From a virus (Duplodnaviria; Caudoviricetes): a stretch of DNA of 64,000 nucleotides. The stretch is taken from IMG/VR virus record IMGVR_UViG_3300028603_000021, positions 64,001-128,000 of that record; one strand, written 5' to 3'. Position 1 is the stretch's first letter, and each line of letters opens with the position of its first letter. The notes beneath the pieces are model-generated. The model searched no databases, was not told the DNA's origin, and saw only the letters and a program-made list of their open reading frames with translations. Made by a program: the position numbers and the translations under genes. Positions 1 to 8,815 of the stretch are shown piece by piece.

Positions 1-3
1 AAG

Positions 4-252
4 GTGGATCATACTTCTACTAGTACTAAAGATATTGCCGATACTGTAGCAAAACTAGCTTATATAACTATGTATGCTTGGCCGTTTATAGACACTGTTC
101 TGCACTCTGTTGGGCAGGAACCTCCCCTCTCGGGAGTAGACCCACAGATGCTAGACAGGCTGAGGACTAACACGGCGTCAGAAGAAGATAAGAAAGTATA
201 CTACGAGGCCGTGGCATCAGATGTAGTAGGATTGGGGTTGTTTAAACGGTGA
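4..252 (+). CDS. hypothetical protein (probably 5'-truncated by window edge)
   Basis: ORF whose stop overlaps the next start (GTGA); no recognisable motif. Confidence 0.5.
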   Translation: MDHTSTSTKDIADTVAKLAYITMYAWPFIDTVLHSVGQEPPLSGVDPQMLDRLRTNTASEEDKKVYYEAVASDVVGLGLFKR

Positions 253-797
253 GCGAAGCAGAGGAAGCTCGTTTTCGCATAGAGCAAGAGATAGACAAGA
301 TAAAAGATGCCAACCTGCAAGATTTCTTGAAGATGGCTATAAATCACTTCCCGGAATACTTCTGGACGGCACCCGCCTCTGCTGGAAAGTACCACTACCC
401 AGATGAAAGAGAGCGGGGTGGGTTAGTACTGCACGTCAGGCGTTTATGTGCCCTTGTTCCTGTCTTTACTAGGATGCACGACCTCAACATGTGGGAGCAA
501 GACATCCTCTACGCTGCGTGCATACTACACGACGCATTCTCGCGTGGAATACCCCCGAACGACGCTACGTTTTCTCTGCCGTTCCACCCGCTGCTGCCAC
601 GCCAGCAGTTCCCGTTTAACGGTGTGGCAGACAGATACATACCCTCCAGCATCTACGAGGAAGTAATGGAGTGCGTTGAGTCGCATCTAGGCAGGTGGAG
701 CCCAAGCCCGTTACTCCACAGCAAAAGAAAGCTGCCGACGATCTTTCAGATGATAGACCACATCGGCAGCCGTCCTAACATAAAAGTAGAACTCTAA
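249..797 (+). CDS. HD-domain phosphohydrolase
   Basis: TAPASAGKYH...GGLVLH...ACILHD...CVESHLGRW...MIDH, the motif set of phage HD proteins. Confidence 0.85.
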   Translation: MSEAEEARFRIEQEIDKIKDANLQDFLKMAINHFPEYFWTAPASAGKYHYPDERERGGLVLHVRRLCALVPVFTRMHDLNMWEQDILYAACILHDAFSRGIPPNDATFSLPFHPLLPRQQFPFNGVADRYIPSSIYEEVMECVESHLGRWSPSPLLHSKRKLPTIFQMIDHIGSRPNIKVEL

Positions 798-1066
798 GCC
801 GGAATTATAAGACCAGAGTCTTCTTGTGCGCTTTGCTTCTTTGCATCTCTGTAGGAAGAAAGAAACGGGTCTAGCAAAAACGGTGTGATACCGCTGAGGT
901 ACGTGGTGAACTGCAAGAACGCCACTACCTCTTCTTTTGTCAGGTACTCATCGTCTACCAGCTTTTGCAGGTATGTCTCAAGGTTCTCAGACAGAACCTC
1001 GACCTGCTCATCGGTAGGGAATGGCATCGGTATCTGAAGGTTGAACCCGTATGTGTTACTCATCAT
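794..1066 (-). CDS. hypothetical protein
   Basis: Last ORF of a coupled minus-strand operon; stop overlaps the convergent HD gene stop. Confidence 0.6.
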   Translation of the reverse strand: MMSNTYGFNLQIPMPFPTDEQVEVLSENLETYLQKLVDDEYLTKEEVVAFLQFTTYLSGITPFLLDPFLSSYRDAKKQSAQEDSGLIIPA

Positions 1067-1526
1067 CTTCCTCTCTTTCTTCTGTTATGTCTAAGTACTC
1101 ACTGCCGGATTTCTTGTAGAAAGCAGACGCGGCTAGTGGCAAGGTGTGTGGGTAGTTTCTGTACCCGGCTTTTTTAGTGCTTACTACGGTTACTGTGTTG
1201 TCAGTAACCTCTTTCACTTTATACTCGTAAGAGTATTTACGTCTAGTAACCTCGTTTCCAAGTATATCAGACATCCTGTATACGATATCACCAGGTTCCA
1301 TATCAGTAACCTTCTCGAACACTGGTACTTCTGTGAGGTTAGCATCTTTAGCAGCGGCTTTCCTAGCTGCTTTGCGCTCTTCGACCTCCAGTCTCTCTTG
1401 CTCCCGAGCCCAAGGACACATCTTTGGTCTCCGACCCGGGCCGGTATGTGGGAACACCCCACCGCAGTGTGAACACGGCAGCATGATATAGGTGTCGTCC
1501 GGAGCTGGGTCTCCACATCTAACCAT
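1056..1526 (-). CDS. hypothetical protein with N-terminal zinc-finger-like motif
   Basis: CSHCGGVF...GRRPKMC; coupled to neighbours. Confidence 0.6.
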   Translation of the reverse strand: MVRCGDPAPDDTYIMLPCSHCGGVFPHTGPGRRPKMCPWAREQERLEVEERKAARKAAAKDANLTEVPVFEKVTDMEPGDIVYRMSDILGNEVTRRKYSYEYKVKEVTDNTVTVVSTKKAGYRNYPHTLPLAASAFYKKSGSEYLDITEEREEDDE

Positions 1527-1953
1527 CCGTGACTTCCCTGTGCAGCAAAACTAGGTTACTTACGTCGTCGAACATCTCCTTGTTACGTACCTCGTCGTCA
1601 CCGAACGGGAACAGGTAAACCAACATATCCCTGTGAGTCTCAGCGGCCTCGCGTATGATACGCAACCCATCTCTGACTAGATCCTCGTCCAGAGCACTCT
1701 TGTAGTGTTCTCGGTCAACTACACCCATTATGTTAACACCAGCACGCCGGAAGATGGGTGCAGGAATCTCTTCTGACAACATATAGCCGAAATACTTAGT
1801 CATCTCTGGGTAGGCATCAGCGAGCATCTTGGCGTCTTCATCTATCACTGCTACATGACCGTCTTTGCGTATAAACGCAGTTATAGGTACGACTACAAGG
1901 TTGTCAGCTCCTGTGTAGTTAATCAGAGGCTCATCTGTAGTTGCGCTCATCAT
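1519..1953 (-). CDS. degenerate macrodomain-like (ADP-ribose-binding fold) protein
   Basis: VVVPITAFIRKDGHVAVIDEDAKMLADAYP...REHYKSALDEDLVRDGL...VYLFPFG follows the pattern of phage macrodomains but lacks the Gly-rich loops. Confidence 0.5.
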   Translation of the reverse strand: MMSATTDEPLINYTGADNLVVVPITAFIRKDGHVAVIDEDAKMLADAYPEMTKYFGYMLSEEIPAPIFRRAGVNIMGVVDREHYKSALDEDLVRDGLRIIREAAETHRDMLVYLFPFGDDEVRNKEMFDDVSNLVLLHREVTDG

Positions 1954-2962
1954 GGTAAACTCTCACTCCGTTCTCTTTCACAGCTGTAGGCGATACCATA
2001 ACTATCTCAGCTGCGTCAGGAAAATCAATCAGGTTGTCAACTCCAACATAAGTCATGCTGCTCTTAAGCCCATCCGAAAACTCGTCTAACAGGTCGTATA
2101 CAGATTTATCCTCATACTGCACAAACCCAGACACGCCTTCTATGAACGAAGAACCGCCCTTAGCTTCTGAGCTAGCTTCCCCGCTGTAGGGCTTGTACCA
2201 ACGGTCACCTATCTTTACTGGTTCGTTAGGAGTTTCTCTCGCTGCCGCTAAGGTACTTCCGCACATCACAGCGTCTGCACCTAAGGCTAGAGCCTTGCAG
2301 AAATCACCCGGAGTGTTAACCCCACCGTCAGAGATTATAGCAGCAGATACGTCGTACTTACGCGCTTCAGAGATCAGCCAGGCTTGCGGTGTCCCAACCC
2401 CTGTAACTTGTCGTGTGGTACATGCCGACCCACTTCCCACGCCTAGCTTGTAGATCGTGTATGTATCCTTGCTGTCGTCTTCTCTGAGCCTAAGCATAGG
2501 AGCTTTAGGGTTTCCAAAATTCCCAACGATAAGCGGGTACTTACCGCTCCAGTCGTGGAAATCTGGGAGGATAGCTCCGTTGGCTATATCTATAGAGATA
2601 AAGCAATGTAAGTTTTCTAGTATATTCCTGTACGAGATAAACTCAAACAAGCTCACGGCTATGCCGTACTCTATCCCCTCGTCATAAAGCTCGCTAGCAA
2701 CCTCAACCCTTTCGTAGAATGAGTTTCTGCGAGAAAACACGTGCATACCCCCAGCATGATACATATGCTTAGCAAAGTCTAAGTAGATTCCTCCGTCTAG
2801 AACATCGAACGCCGCCATGCTAGCAGACAGCAGGGGTAGTGGAAGCTCAATATCGTGCAACATACCAGTTGTATCAACATCGTGCCTGCTTTTAACCTTA
2901 GAATAGACAGCTGGCATTATAGCTATGTCATCAAACGTAAATGCTACTTTAGGTGAGCCCAT
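1931..2962 (-). CDS. IMP dehydrogenase / GMP reductase family protein (no CBS domains)
   Basis: FTFDDIAIMP, SASM, KLGVGSGSACTTR (catalytic Cys loop), IISDGG, KALALGADAVMCG, EGVSG; start moved to ATG 2962 after GGAG. Confidence 0.9.
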   Translation of the reverse strand: MGSPKVAFTFDDIAIMPAVYSKVKSRHDVDTTGMLHDIELPLPLLSASMAAFDVLDGGIYLDFAKHMYHAGGMHVFSRRNSFYERVEVASELYDEGIEYGIAVSLFEFISYRNILENLHCFISIDIANGAILPDFHDWSGKYPLIVGNFGNPKAPMLRLREDDSKDTYTIYKLGVGSGSACTTRQVTGVGTPQAWLISEARKYDVSAAIISDGGVNTPGDFCKALALGADAVMCGSTLAAARETPNEPVKIGDRWYKPYSGEASSEAKGGSSFIEGVSGFVQYEDKSVYDLLDEFSDGLKSSMTYVGVDNLIDFPDAAEIVMVSPTAVKENGVRVYHDERNYR

Positions 2963-3870
2963 GCTACTCCTTCCAGGTCTAACCACTCGACAGTCTTCGT
3001 TTTTATCACAGCAGCTAAGTCAACCATCATAGCTTTGTCCACAGATGCACCACCCAGGTATGCGGCTTTCAGGTAGTTATACGTTCCTATAGTCTGCGAG
3101 TACGGGTTAAGCTCTGGTCTCTTCTGTGACTCTTTTATAGCTTGGATTGTTGGCCTAAGCTCTCCCTTCATAAATAGCCTAGCAAGGTTGATGCTGGCTT
3201 CCTCGTCTGGCAAGCCGCCTAGTGTGGCAGAGAAAGTAGCGCTTGTGATAACCCCTGAGTCGTCAGAAGCAGCTATAAGCTTCTCTAGCAGAGAATAAAC
3301 CTGGCGGAGAGACCCCTCCGACTGCTCGACGAGTGTCCAGAAGTCCTTCCTGTCTTCCACAACTATGCCGTACTTATCCAAGACCCTGTTGACAGCTATG
3401 CCGATCTCAGACGTGCCTGGAGGCGTAGTAGAGTAATGAAGGCATCTAGTGCGTATAGTCTTCAGTAATTTCCCAGGTTCGTTAGTAAGTAAGATAAAAT
3501 ATACATTTTCTTGTGCTGTTTCTAGTGTTCTCAGCAGGGCAGACTGGCCGGGGTTGCTGAGCTTATGAACCTCATCAAGTATAAACACCTTGTTTTTAGC
3601 AAACAAGGATGTGCGCATAGAGGACTCTATCAACCCACGTATGACATCTATGCCACCGTCACTACCACAGTCCACCTCTTCTACCTGCGCTTTAAGCTCT
3701 GTTGCGATGATATGGGCTAAAGTGGTTTTGCCGGTTCCAGTGTCCCCGGTTATGAGAAGGCTGTGGTTCAGTTCGCCGTTCTCAAGCTGCCTCTTGAGTG
3801 GCTCTGTGATATGGCTGTTGCCTATCACTTCCTCGAAGGTTTTGGGTCTCATCTCCTGTGCTAGGTTCAC
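2944..3870 (-). CDS. dnaX: clamp loader AAA+ ATPase, DnaX gamma/tau-like
   Basis: MRPKTFEEVIGN, Walker A GDTGTGKTT, ILDEVHKLS, LLRTLE, TIRTRC. Confidence 0.85.
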   Translation of the reverse strand: MNLAQEMRPKTFEEVIGNSHITEPLKRQLENGELNHSLLITGDTGTGKTTLAHIIATELKAQVEEVDCGSDGGIDVIRGLIESSMRTSLFAKNKVFILDEVHKLSNPGQSALLRTLETAQENVYFILLTNEPGKLLKTIRTRCLHYSTTPPGTSEIGIAVNRVLDKYGIVVEDRKDFWTLVEQSEGSLRQVYSLLEKLIAASDDSGVITSATFSATLGGLPDEEASINLARLFMKGELRPTIQAIKESQKRPELNPYSQTIGTYNYLKAAYLGGASVDKAMMVDLAAVIKTKTVEWLDLEGVAWAHLK

Positions 3871-3904
3871 GTAGGTATCCTATCATCGTTCATTATGAGA
3901 TTTA

Positions 3905-4252
3905 TTAGTCCTCCTTGTGATGCTGAGAGATAGTCCACGACAGATGGGCGTCTTTTTCCAGGGGCGGTAGAAACGGTAACGAGGTTTCACTCTGGTCTGG
4001 TGCTGGGATTAGTCGCTGTCCTTGAGCGTCTGGATAGTCGTTTAAAAACTCCAACCACCACTTAGCCTCCTGGTAGTTGTTAACCTGCAAGAATAATTCC
4101 CCAGGCATGTCACGCATCCTCACAGCTACACACCCGTAAGTCCCGTCTCCTGTGTTGCTCGCACTGAGTTTACCAAATGGAGCCTCCCCGTCTCTGAACT
4201 CCATAACCGTGTGCGAGGAAAGCATATAGCCGTTGGGCATCTTCCATCTCAT
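3905..4252 (-). CDS. hypothetical protein
   Basis: ORF with ATGA coupling to upstream gene. Confidence 0.55.
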   Translation of the reverse strand: MRWKMPNGYMLSSHTVMEFRDGEAPFGKLSASNTGDGTYGCVAVRMRDMPGELFLQVNNYQEAKWWLEFLNDYPDAQGQRLIPAPDQSETSLPFLPPLEKDAHLSWTISQHHKED

Positions 4253-4527
4253 GGTACTGCCTCCGCAGGTAAGAAGTATACGTTAGAGTACAAGATATTA
4301 GTTATACCAGCAATAGTGATAGTCTTAGTAGAAAACTCGTTCAGCCAGAACTCAGCTTCCTCTAGTGTGTCTACTGGATAGTACAGAGTACCTGCTTGTG
4401 CTAAGGACTCAAACGCAGCTCTGTGGTGGTAAACGATGGTACCAAACTCGCCAACAGCAGGCAGTGCATTCCTCTTAGCGATTATGCTGTAGTCGTCTTC
4501 GTTGTCTCCGAACGGGTATTTAAGCAT
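4249..4527 (-). CDS. hypothetical protein
   Basis: Likely start ATG 4527 (MLKYPFG) after GAGGG. Confidence 0.55.
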   Translation of the reverse strand: MLKYPFGDNEDDYSIIAKRNALPAVGEFGTIVYHHRAAFESLAQAGTLYYPVDTLEEAEFWLNEFSTKTITIAGITNILYSNVYFLPAEAVP

Positions 4528-4546
4528 GGTGCCCTCACAACTAACG

Positions 4547-4575
4547 TGCCTCGGCCACACGTGGCAGCCGAGGCA
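4547..4575 (-). terminator. GC-rich hairpin downstream of the OMP gene (terminator or mRNA-stabilising stem)
   Basis: TGCCTCGGC-N11-GCCGAGGCA inverted repeat; weak U-tract. Confidence 0.4.
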
Positions 4576-4596
4576 TTACTCTAAGTCTCGTAACTA

Positions 4597-5061
4597 TCAG
4601 AACTGAATGCTATAACCCAACGACGCAACCGGAACGATGCTGACTCCGCTGAACCCAAAATCTCCTCGGAACAGAGCACCTGCTTCGAACTGTAGGCCGT
4701 TATCGCCGCGAACCCCAAGGGTAGCGGTTCCTAACCAGTAGAAGTCAGAAAATCCCCAGTCAGTACCAACGCCAGCACGCGCCGCTACGAACATCGCTGC
4801 ATCACTAGCTTCTGCTTGTGGGAAGAAGGCTCTTACACCGCCGAAAACAGTCCCAGTGTCCATGGTCGCCCCAGCGCCAACAAGAAGGTCTACAGAGGGG
4901 CTTACTGAGAAGCCGAACTCTCCTGTCAAGAGCGGCTGAGCTTGTACAGTGGGGGTGAAACCGATGTCACCAGCACCTACCTGAAATGTGAAGTCGTTAG
5001 CGAAAGCTGCGGTAGCAAACGCTAGGACAAGCGAAACGATAAAAATCTTAATCTTAAACAC
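4597..5061 (-). CDS. small outer-membrane beta-barrel protein with signal peptide
   Basis: Signal peptide ending AFA-N, alternating Gly/aromatic amphipathic strands, C-terminal SLGYSIQF beta-signal; AGGAGG RBS. Confidence 0.75.
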   Translation of the reverse strand: MFKIKIFIVSLVLAFATAAFANDFTFQVGAGDIGFTPTVQAQPLLTGEFGFSVSPSVDLLVGAGATMDTGTVFGGVRAFFPQAEASDAAMFVAARAGVGTDWGFSDFYWLGTATLGVRGDNGLQFEAGALFRGDFGFSGVSIVPVASLGYSIQF

Positions 5062-5093
5062 TAATTATCCTCCTTAGGAATGAATAACACTTA

Positions 5094-5122
5094 ATTATAC
5101 TATGTGTTCTATCTTCTGTCAA
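5094..5122 (-). promoter_or_regulatory. consensus sigma70/sigmaA promoter for the OMP gene
   Basis: TTGACA-17 bp-TATAAT on minus strand. Confidence 0.85.
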
Positions 5123-5706
5123 CCGTCGATACCTGTTAGACCTCTGAGGGCTGCACTGTATGCTATAGCCTCCCGACTCTGGTGGATAACATCAGCCAAG
5201 GCGTTGTGAGCTTGGGTAGTGTCTCTTTCTACTTCTAACAACGGAACCCCGGCGTGCCGAGCAACGTCTATCAATGTCCGGAGATCGCGTCTCTTCCAGA
5301 ACTGAGAGAAGGGGTTCTGTGCTCCTGTTTCCCTGTAAAGCCTGTCTAGAAGACCAAAGTCAAAGTCTATACCGCGAGCCCACGGGATCACGCCCTTGTT
5401 GAGGGTGACCCACGAATAAAGCTCCTCTAGCACAGTACGCATCTTTCTAGCTTCTTTATCATACACGATATCGAAGAATATATCCCTCCTGTCCGTACCC
5501 AACCACCACTTCAGAGTACCTGCGTCTACCCTTCCGTAGGTAAGCGCGTCTGACAGGTCTATGTTCCTGTGGAATACGTTTGCCGTATCTATGTCTCCGC
5601 CGCGTAAGTCAAACCGTACTGCCGCTACCGAGATAACAGCAGCGCTGTCTGTAGCGGTGCCTAGTGTCTCTAGGTCTACCATCACATGCTTCAAGTTGGT
5701 CTCCAT
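5119..5706 (-). CDS. DEDD-family 3'-5' exonuclease/exoribonuclease
   Basis: HVMVDLETLG, WARGIDFD, RDLRTL, AHNALAD; likely start METNLK at 5706. Confidence 0.85.
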   Translation of the reverse strand: METNLKHVMVDLETLGTATDSAAVISVAAVRFDLRGGDIDTANVFHRNIDLSDALTYGRVDAGTLKWWLGTDRRDIFFDIVYDKEARKMRTVLEELYSWVTLNKGVIPWARGIDFDFGLLDRLYRETGAQNPFSQFWKRRDLRTLIDVARHAGVPLLEVERDTTQAHNALADVIHQSREAIAYSAALRGLTGIDG

Positions 5707-6335
5707 TTCTTCCCGAATCCTACGGGCAAGCACGCCTCTCCGTCATCTTCGAGCAGTGCTTTAAAGTCGTTGAGTGGTAAGTATCCCCACCCGTTTCTTC
5801 CCCAATCAGCTCCCCATGAGTTTTTCAGACGTATCGTTCCTTCCCTGAGGTTGACACCATCAACAAGATAGGCATTGCTTCCTACAACCTCACCAGTGGC
5901 CTCTATATCCCCAACTTCTGGGACAGTCGTCATCATACCACGGTGCCACTTAGTGCCAACAACCACAGGGCCGTAGAGGAGAAGATAGTTAACCAGAACA
6001 TCTACATCGGTTGTCCAGTAGTAGCTACGTATCACCTTGCTCTTCCTGAGGAGCTTAGCACCGCCCCTGATGGTCGCCTGACCAGGAGTAACCTCACCAG
6101 CTTCGAAAAACTCGTATGGAGAGATATAAAACCCGGCTTTAGGAAGCTTCTTAGCCCGAGAATCAAACCAGAAGCTCCATGCTAGCCCAGGAGAGTAAGG
6201 CAACCTTGCGGTTGATTTAGGCTGCCGCGTGCTAGGCCAGTAAGAGGTCTTCTTATAGGTCTTCTTGACCAGAACCTCGGCGTCAAACAGGGCATCACGC
6301 GGGTCTTTCACGTGTACGTAGCCACTTTTTATCAT
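5691..6335 (-). CDS. papain-like (C1) peptidase homologue, catalytic Cys/His apparently replaced
   Basis: GPVVVGTKW, GSNAYLVDG (normally GGHA), LKNSWGADWGRNG; no Cys in the N-terminal catalytic segment. Confidence 0.75.
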   Translation of the reverse strand: MIKSGYVHVKDPRDALFDAEVLVKKTYKKTSYWPSTRQPKSTARLPYSPGLAWSFWFDSRAKKLPKAGFYISPYEFFEAGEVTPGQATIRGGAKLLRKSKVIRSYYWTTDVDVLVNYLLLYGPVVVGTKWHRGMMTTVPEVGDIEATGEVVGSNAYLVDGVNLREGTIRLKNSWGADWGRNGWGYLPLNDFKALLEDDGEACLPVGFGKKWRPT

Positions 6336-6631
6336 GGTGTCAGGTTTCTTAAGAATGCTTGGTAAGAACTTTTTGGCTGAAGTCCGTGAAATACTTTTTC
6401 TTGCCCGTTTATGCTCATGATTACAGTAGGCACCGAGGTTATCTTGTAGTCAACCATAACCTTAGGGGCAACATCTGCGTCCAAGTATACGAACTCTACG
6501 TCGTTGTACTCGTCAGACAGGCTTTCCATCATAGGGTGAAGGAATTTACACGGCGCACACCAGCTTTTCGCTCCAAAATACAGTACATGGTTAGGTTGAA
6601 GTGTGGGAGGGATTCCGTCTAGTTCTTTCAT
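6332..6631 (-). CDS. trxA: thioredoxin
   Basis: WCAPC active site, ITSVPT cis-Pro loop. Confidence 0.9.
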   Translation of the reverse strand: MKELDGIPPTLQPNHVLYFGAKSWCAPCKFLHPMMESLSDEYNDVEFVYLDADVAPKVMVDYKITSVPTVIMSINGQEKVFHGLQPKSSYQAFLRNLTP

Positions 6632-6950
6632 CTCTTATCATCTCCAGTGCGTTTTCCGCAAGTTCAATATCTTCAGGGTGAGTGTCTATGTAACGAGAGA
6701 TCAACCTCTCTGCTATCTCATATGGATTTTTGTTGTAGTGTTCCCAGAACTTCTCCTTTCCCCAGCTGTGCCTCTGGTAGAGGTGGATACCGTGGTCAAG
6801 CGGTAATGCACCGAAATCGAACTTGTTTTTCCGCCCTCCGGAAAACTTCCTGAGCAACGACTCGTGGTGGAGGTCTACGTTGTTCGTGGTTCCTGTGATG
6901 CAGCACGGCTGACTTCCCAAGAACATCAGGTAGCTTTTGCTCTTAAACAT
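6591..6950 (-). CDS. DUF968-like / HNH-like small nuclease
   Basis: KSKSYLMFLGSQPCCITG..DLHH...ALPLDHGIH..HSWG. Confidence 0.6.
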   Translation of the reverse strand: MFKSKSYLMFLGSQPCCITGTTNNVDLHHESLLRKFSGGRKNKFDFGALPLDHGIHLYQRHSWGKEKFWEHYNKNPYEIAERLISRYIDTHPEDIELAENALEMIRDERTRRNPSHTST

Positions 6951-7980
6951 TGTCTAGTACATATTTTTTGGCAGCCTCAAACACGTCAACCTCAGCCAGC
7001 GCCTCTAGTATCTTGTCTCTTCCGTTGAACTTTCTATCTTCTATGCCTGGGAGCATACCTTCTGGTAAGGTGTACCACGCACCACCTCGTACAACGCCAA
7101 GAGCTTCACTGTTATCTGCACTGGTTATGATAGTGGCCAGCTCATCTACGATGTCAATATAGCCGTCAAAATCCATCGTGTAAGTAACCGTTTTACCGGG
7201 TGGGCTCATCTTATTCTTCTCAACGGTAGCCGTAACATCGACGTGTGTTGCATCCCCGCGCCCGGCTCTGATTTTCTTTGCTTTAAGCTCGATAATCATA
7301 GTCGAGTGGAACGTCAGAGCGTGCCCACCTGGAGCCACAGGCTTCGGGGCATAGATGTTCAACGAGTCACGCAGCTGGTTGGTAAAGATCATCCACACTT
7401 TGTTTCGTGCAACCGGCCCGTTAAGCTTAGGCATGAAGTCAGACATTATCTTTGCTCGTCTTCCCATGTTAGCATCTCCAAGCTCCCCGTCCACCACAGC
7501 CTTTATCGGGGCTCCAGCAACAGAATCGAAGACTATCATATCAAACGAGCCAGAGTTGGCCATTTCGATAGCAATCTCCCCCGCTGTCTCTAGGTCGTCT
7601 ACCTGAACCCATGCAACAGCGGCCATGTCTACGCCAAGCTGTGTTGCCCACCTAGGATCTAGTGCATACTCAGTGTCGATAAAGGCAGCCGTTCCGCCTT
7701 TTGCTTGCAAGTTAGCGATAGCCTTCAGAGCGTGGGTCGTCTTACCCGAAGACTCCCACCCTGCTATCTGTACAATCCTACCCCTGGGATATCCGCCTAT
7801 ACCAGTGGCGATATCAAGCACTAAGCTCCCCGTAGAAACAACATCAACAACATGCTCTACATCTCCGAGCTGAAAACTCTCCCCATAAGGCTTTTTTTCT
7901 AGCTTAGCGAGAAAGTTTCTGATGGTCTTGGGGTCTTTAAGGTGAAGGCTGAGATCGGAGTCGTCAACTTTCATCACCAT
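6943..7980 (-). CDS. recA: RecA recombinase
   Basis: STGSLVLDIATGIGGYPRGRI, GWESSGKTT, FDSVA, IFTNQLR, PGGHALTF, KNK. Confidence 0.95.
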   Translation of the reverse strand: MVMKVDDSDLSLHLKDPKTIRNFLAKLEKKPYGESFQLGDVEHVVDVVSTGSLVLDIATGIGGYPRGRIVQIAGWESSGKTTHALKAIANLQAKGGTAAFIDTEYALDPRWATQLGVDMAAVAWVQVDDLETAGEIAIEMANSGSFDMIVFDSVAGAPIKAVVDGELGDANMGRRAKIMSDFMPKLNGPVARNKVWMIFTNQLRDSLNIYAPKPVAPGGHALTFHSTMIIELKAKKIRAGRGDATHVDVTATVEKNKMSPPGKTVTYTMDFDGYIDIVDELATIITSADNSEALGVVRGGAWYTLPEGMLPGIEDRKFNGRDKILEALAEVDVFEAAKKYVLDNV

Positions 7981-8711
7981 CAGCTACCTCTTTTCCCGAT
8001 CAGCTCTAGCAACCTTTCGTAGACCGCTCTCTGAACAATAAGTGGAGCATTAGAGTCATACTTACCCATAGCCATGACTTCCTGCACAGCCGTCTCTCCT
8101 AGCAGCTTGTCACTGTCCGACAAGTCAGACGAACGGATGTCTTCGAGAAGTGCTAGTATGGCGTCTTTGGGGTCTGACCTAGCAACTGGTAACGCCCAGT
8201 CCGGCATCTCGGGAGGTTCTACTACTACGTTTCTCTCTATCTTCGCTCCCTTGAGTCCCTTCAGGTCATACAAGTATGCCCCCACACCGAACTTAACCGC
8301 CGCTCTTTTAAGGGCATCAGAAGTTGCACCCTTAAGCTGGTCAGCGCTGCTAGGAGCGCCTATGTCGCTCTTGGTGAGCCCAAGGATGGTTAGATCACAC
8401 TTTATACCGCCGTACTTGTGGGTTACGTGGTCATACCTGTAATTCCCGTCGTAGCTGGGCTTGCTTACTGTCTTACCCTCATCGTCTAGGGCATAATCCC
8501 TAGTATCTTCCAGCAGGACGGTACTGTAAGAGTCACTCCAGTTCTCTGCTCCTACAACACTGTTGAGCCTAGCGGCTACTACCCTTGCGTCTATGTAAAC
8601 CAACACGGAGCCACGGCTCCCTGGTCTGAAGCTTATCTCAGATAACTCAAAAGGCTCAGCCAGACGGTTGTAAACCCAGTTATCGAATTTCAATGGTAAA
8701 CTCAAAGTCAT
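7980..8711 (-). CDS. Rad52/Rad22-family single-strand annealing protein (Sak/DdrA-like)
   Basis: YIDARVVAARLNSVVGAENW...KGATSDALKRAAVKFGVGAYLY. Confidence 0.9.
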   Translation of the reverse strand: MTLSLPLKFDNWVYNRLAEPFELSEISFRPGSRGSVLVYIDARVVAARLNSVVGAENWSDSYSTVLLEDTRDYALDDEGKTVSKPSYDGNYRYDHVTHKYGGIKCDLTILGLTKSDIGAPSSADQLKGATSDALKRAAVKFGVGAYLYDLKGLKGAKIERNVVVEPPEMPDWALPVARSDPKDAILALLEDIRSSDLSDSDKLLGETAVQEVMAMGKYDSNAPLIVQRAVYERLLELIGKRGS

Positions 8712-8725
8712 CTCCTTAGGTGCCT

Positions 8726-8815
8726 AGTATAGCACAGACCCGCTCGCGGGTCAACGGTGGGTTCAAAGGTCTCGAATTCGAGACCTTTAATAGCACAGAC
8801 CCGCTCGCGGGTCAA
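8726..8815 (-). promoter_or_regulatory. tandem sigma70-type promoters for the rad52-recA operon
   Basis: TTGACC-17-TATTAA and TTGACC-17-TATACT, both with extended TG. Confidence 0.7.

Noticed and set aside
249-2962. HD hydrolase plus purine enzyme as a Z-base or other DNA-modification pathway
   Set aside because: No PurZ, MazZ or queuosine-pathway genes in the window; both families are common in large phages
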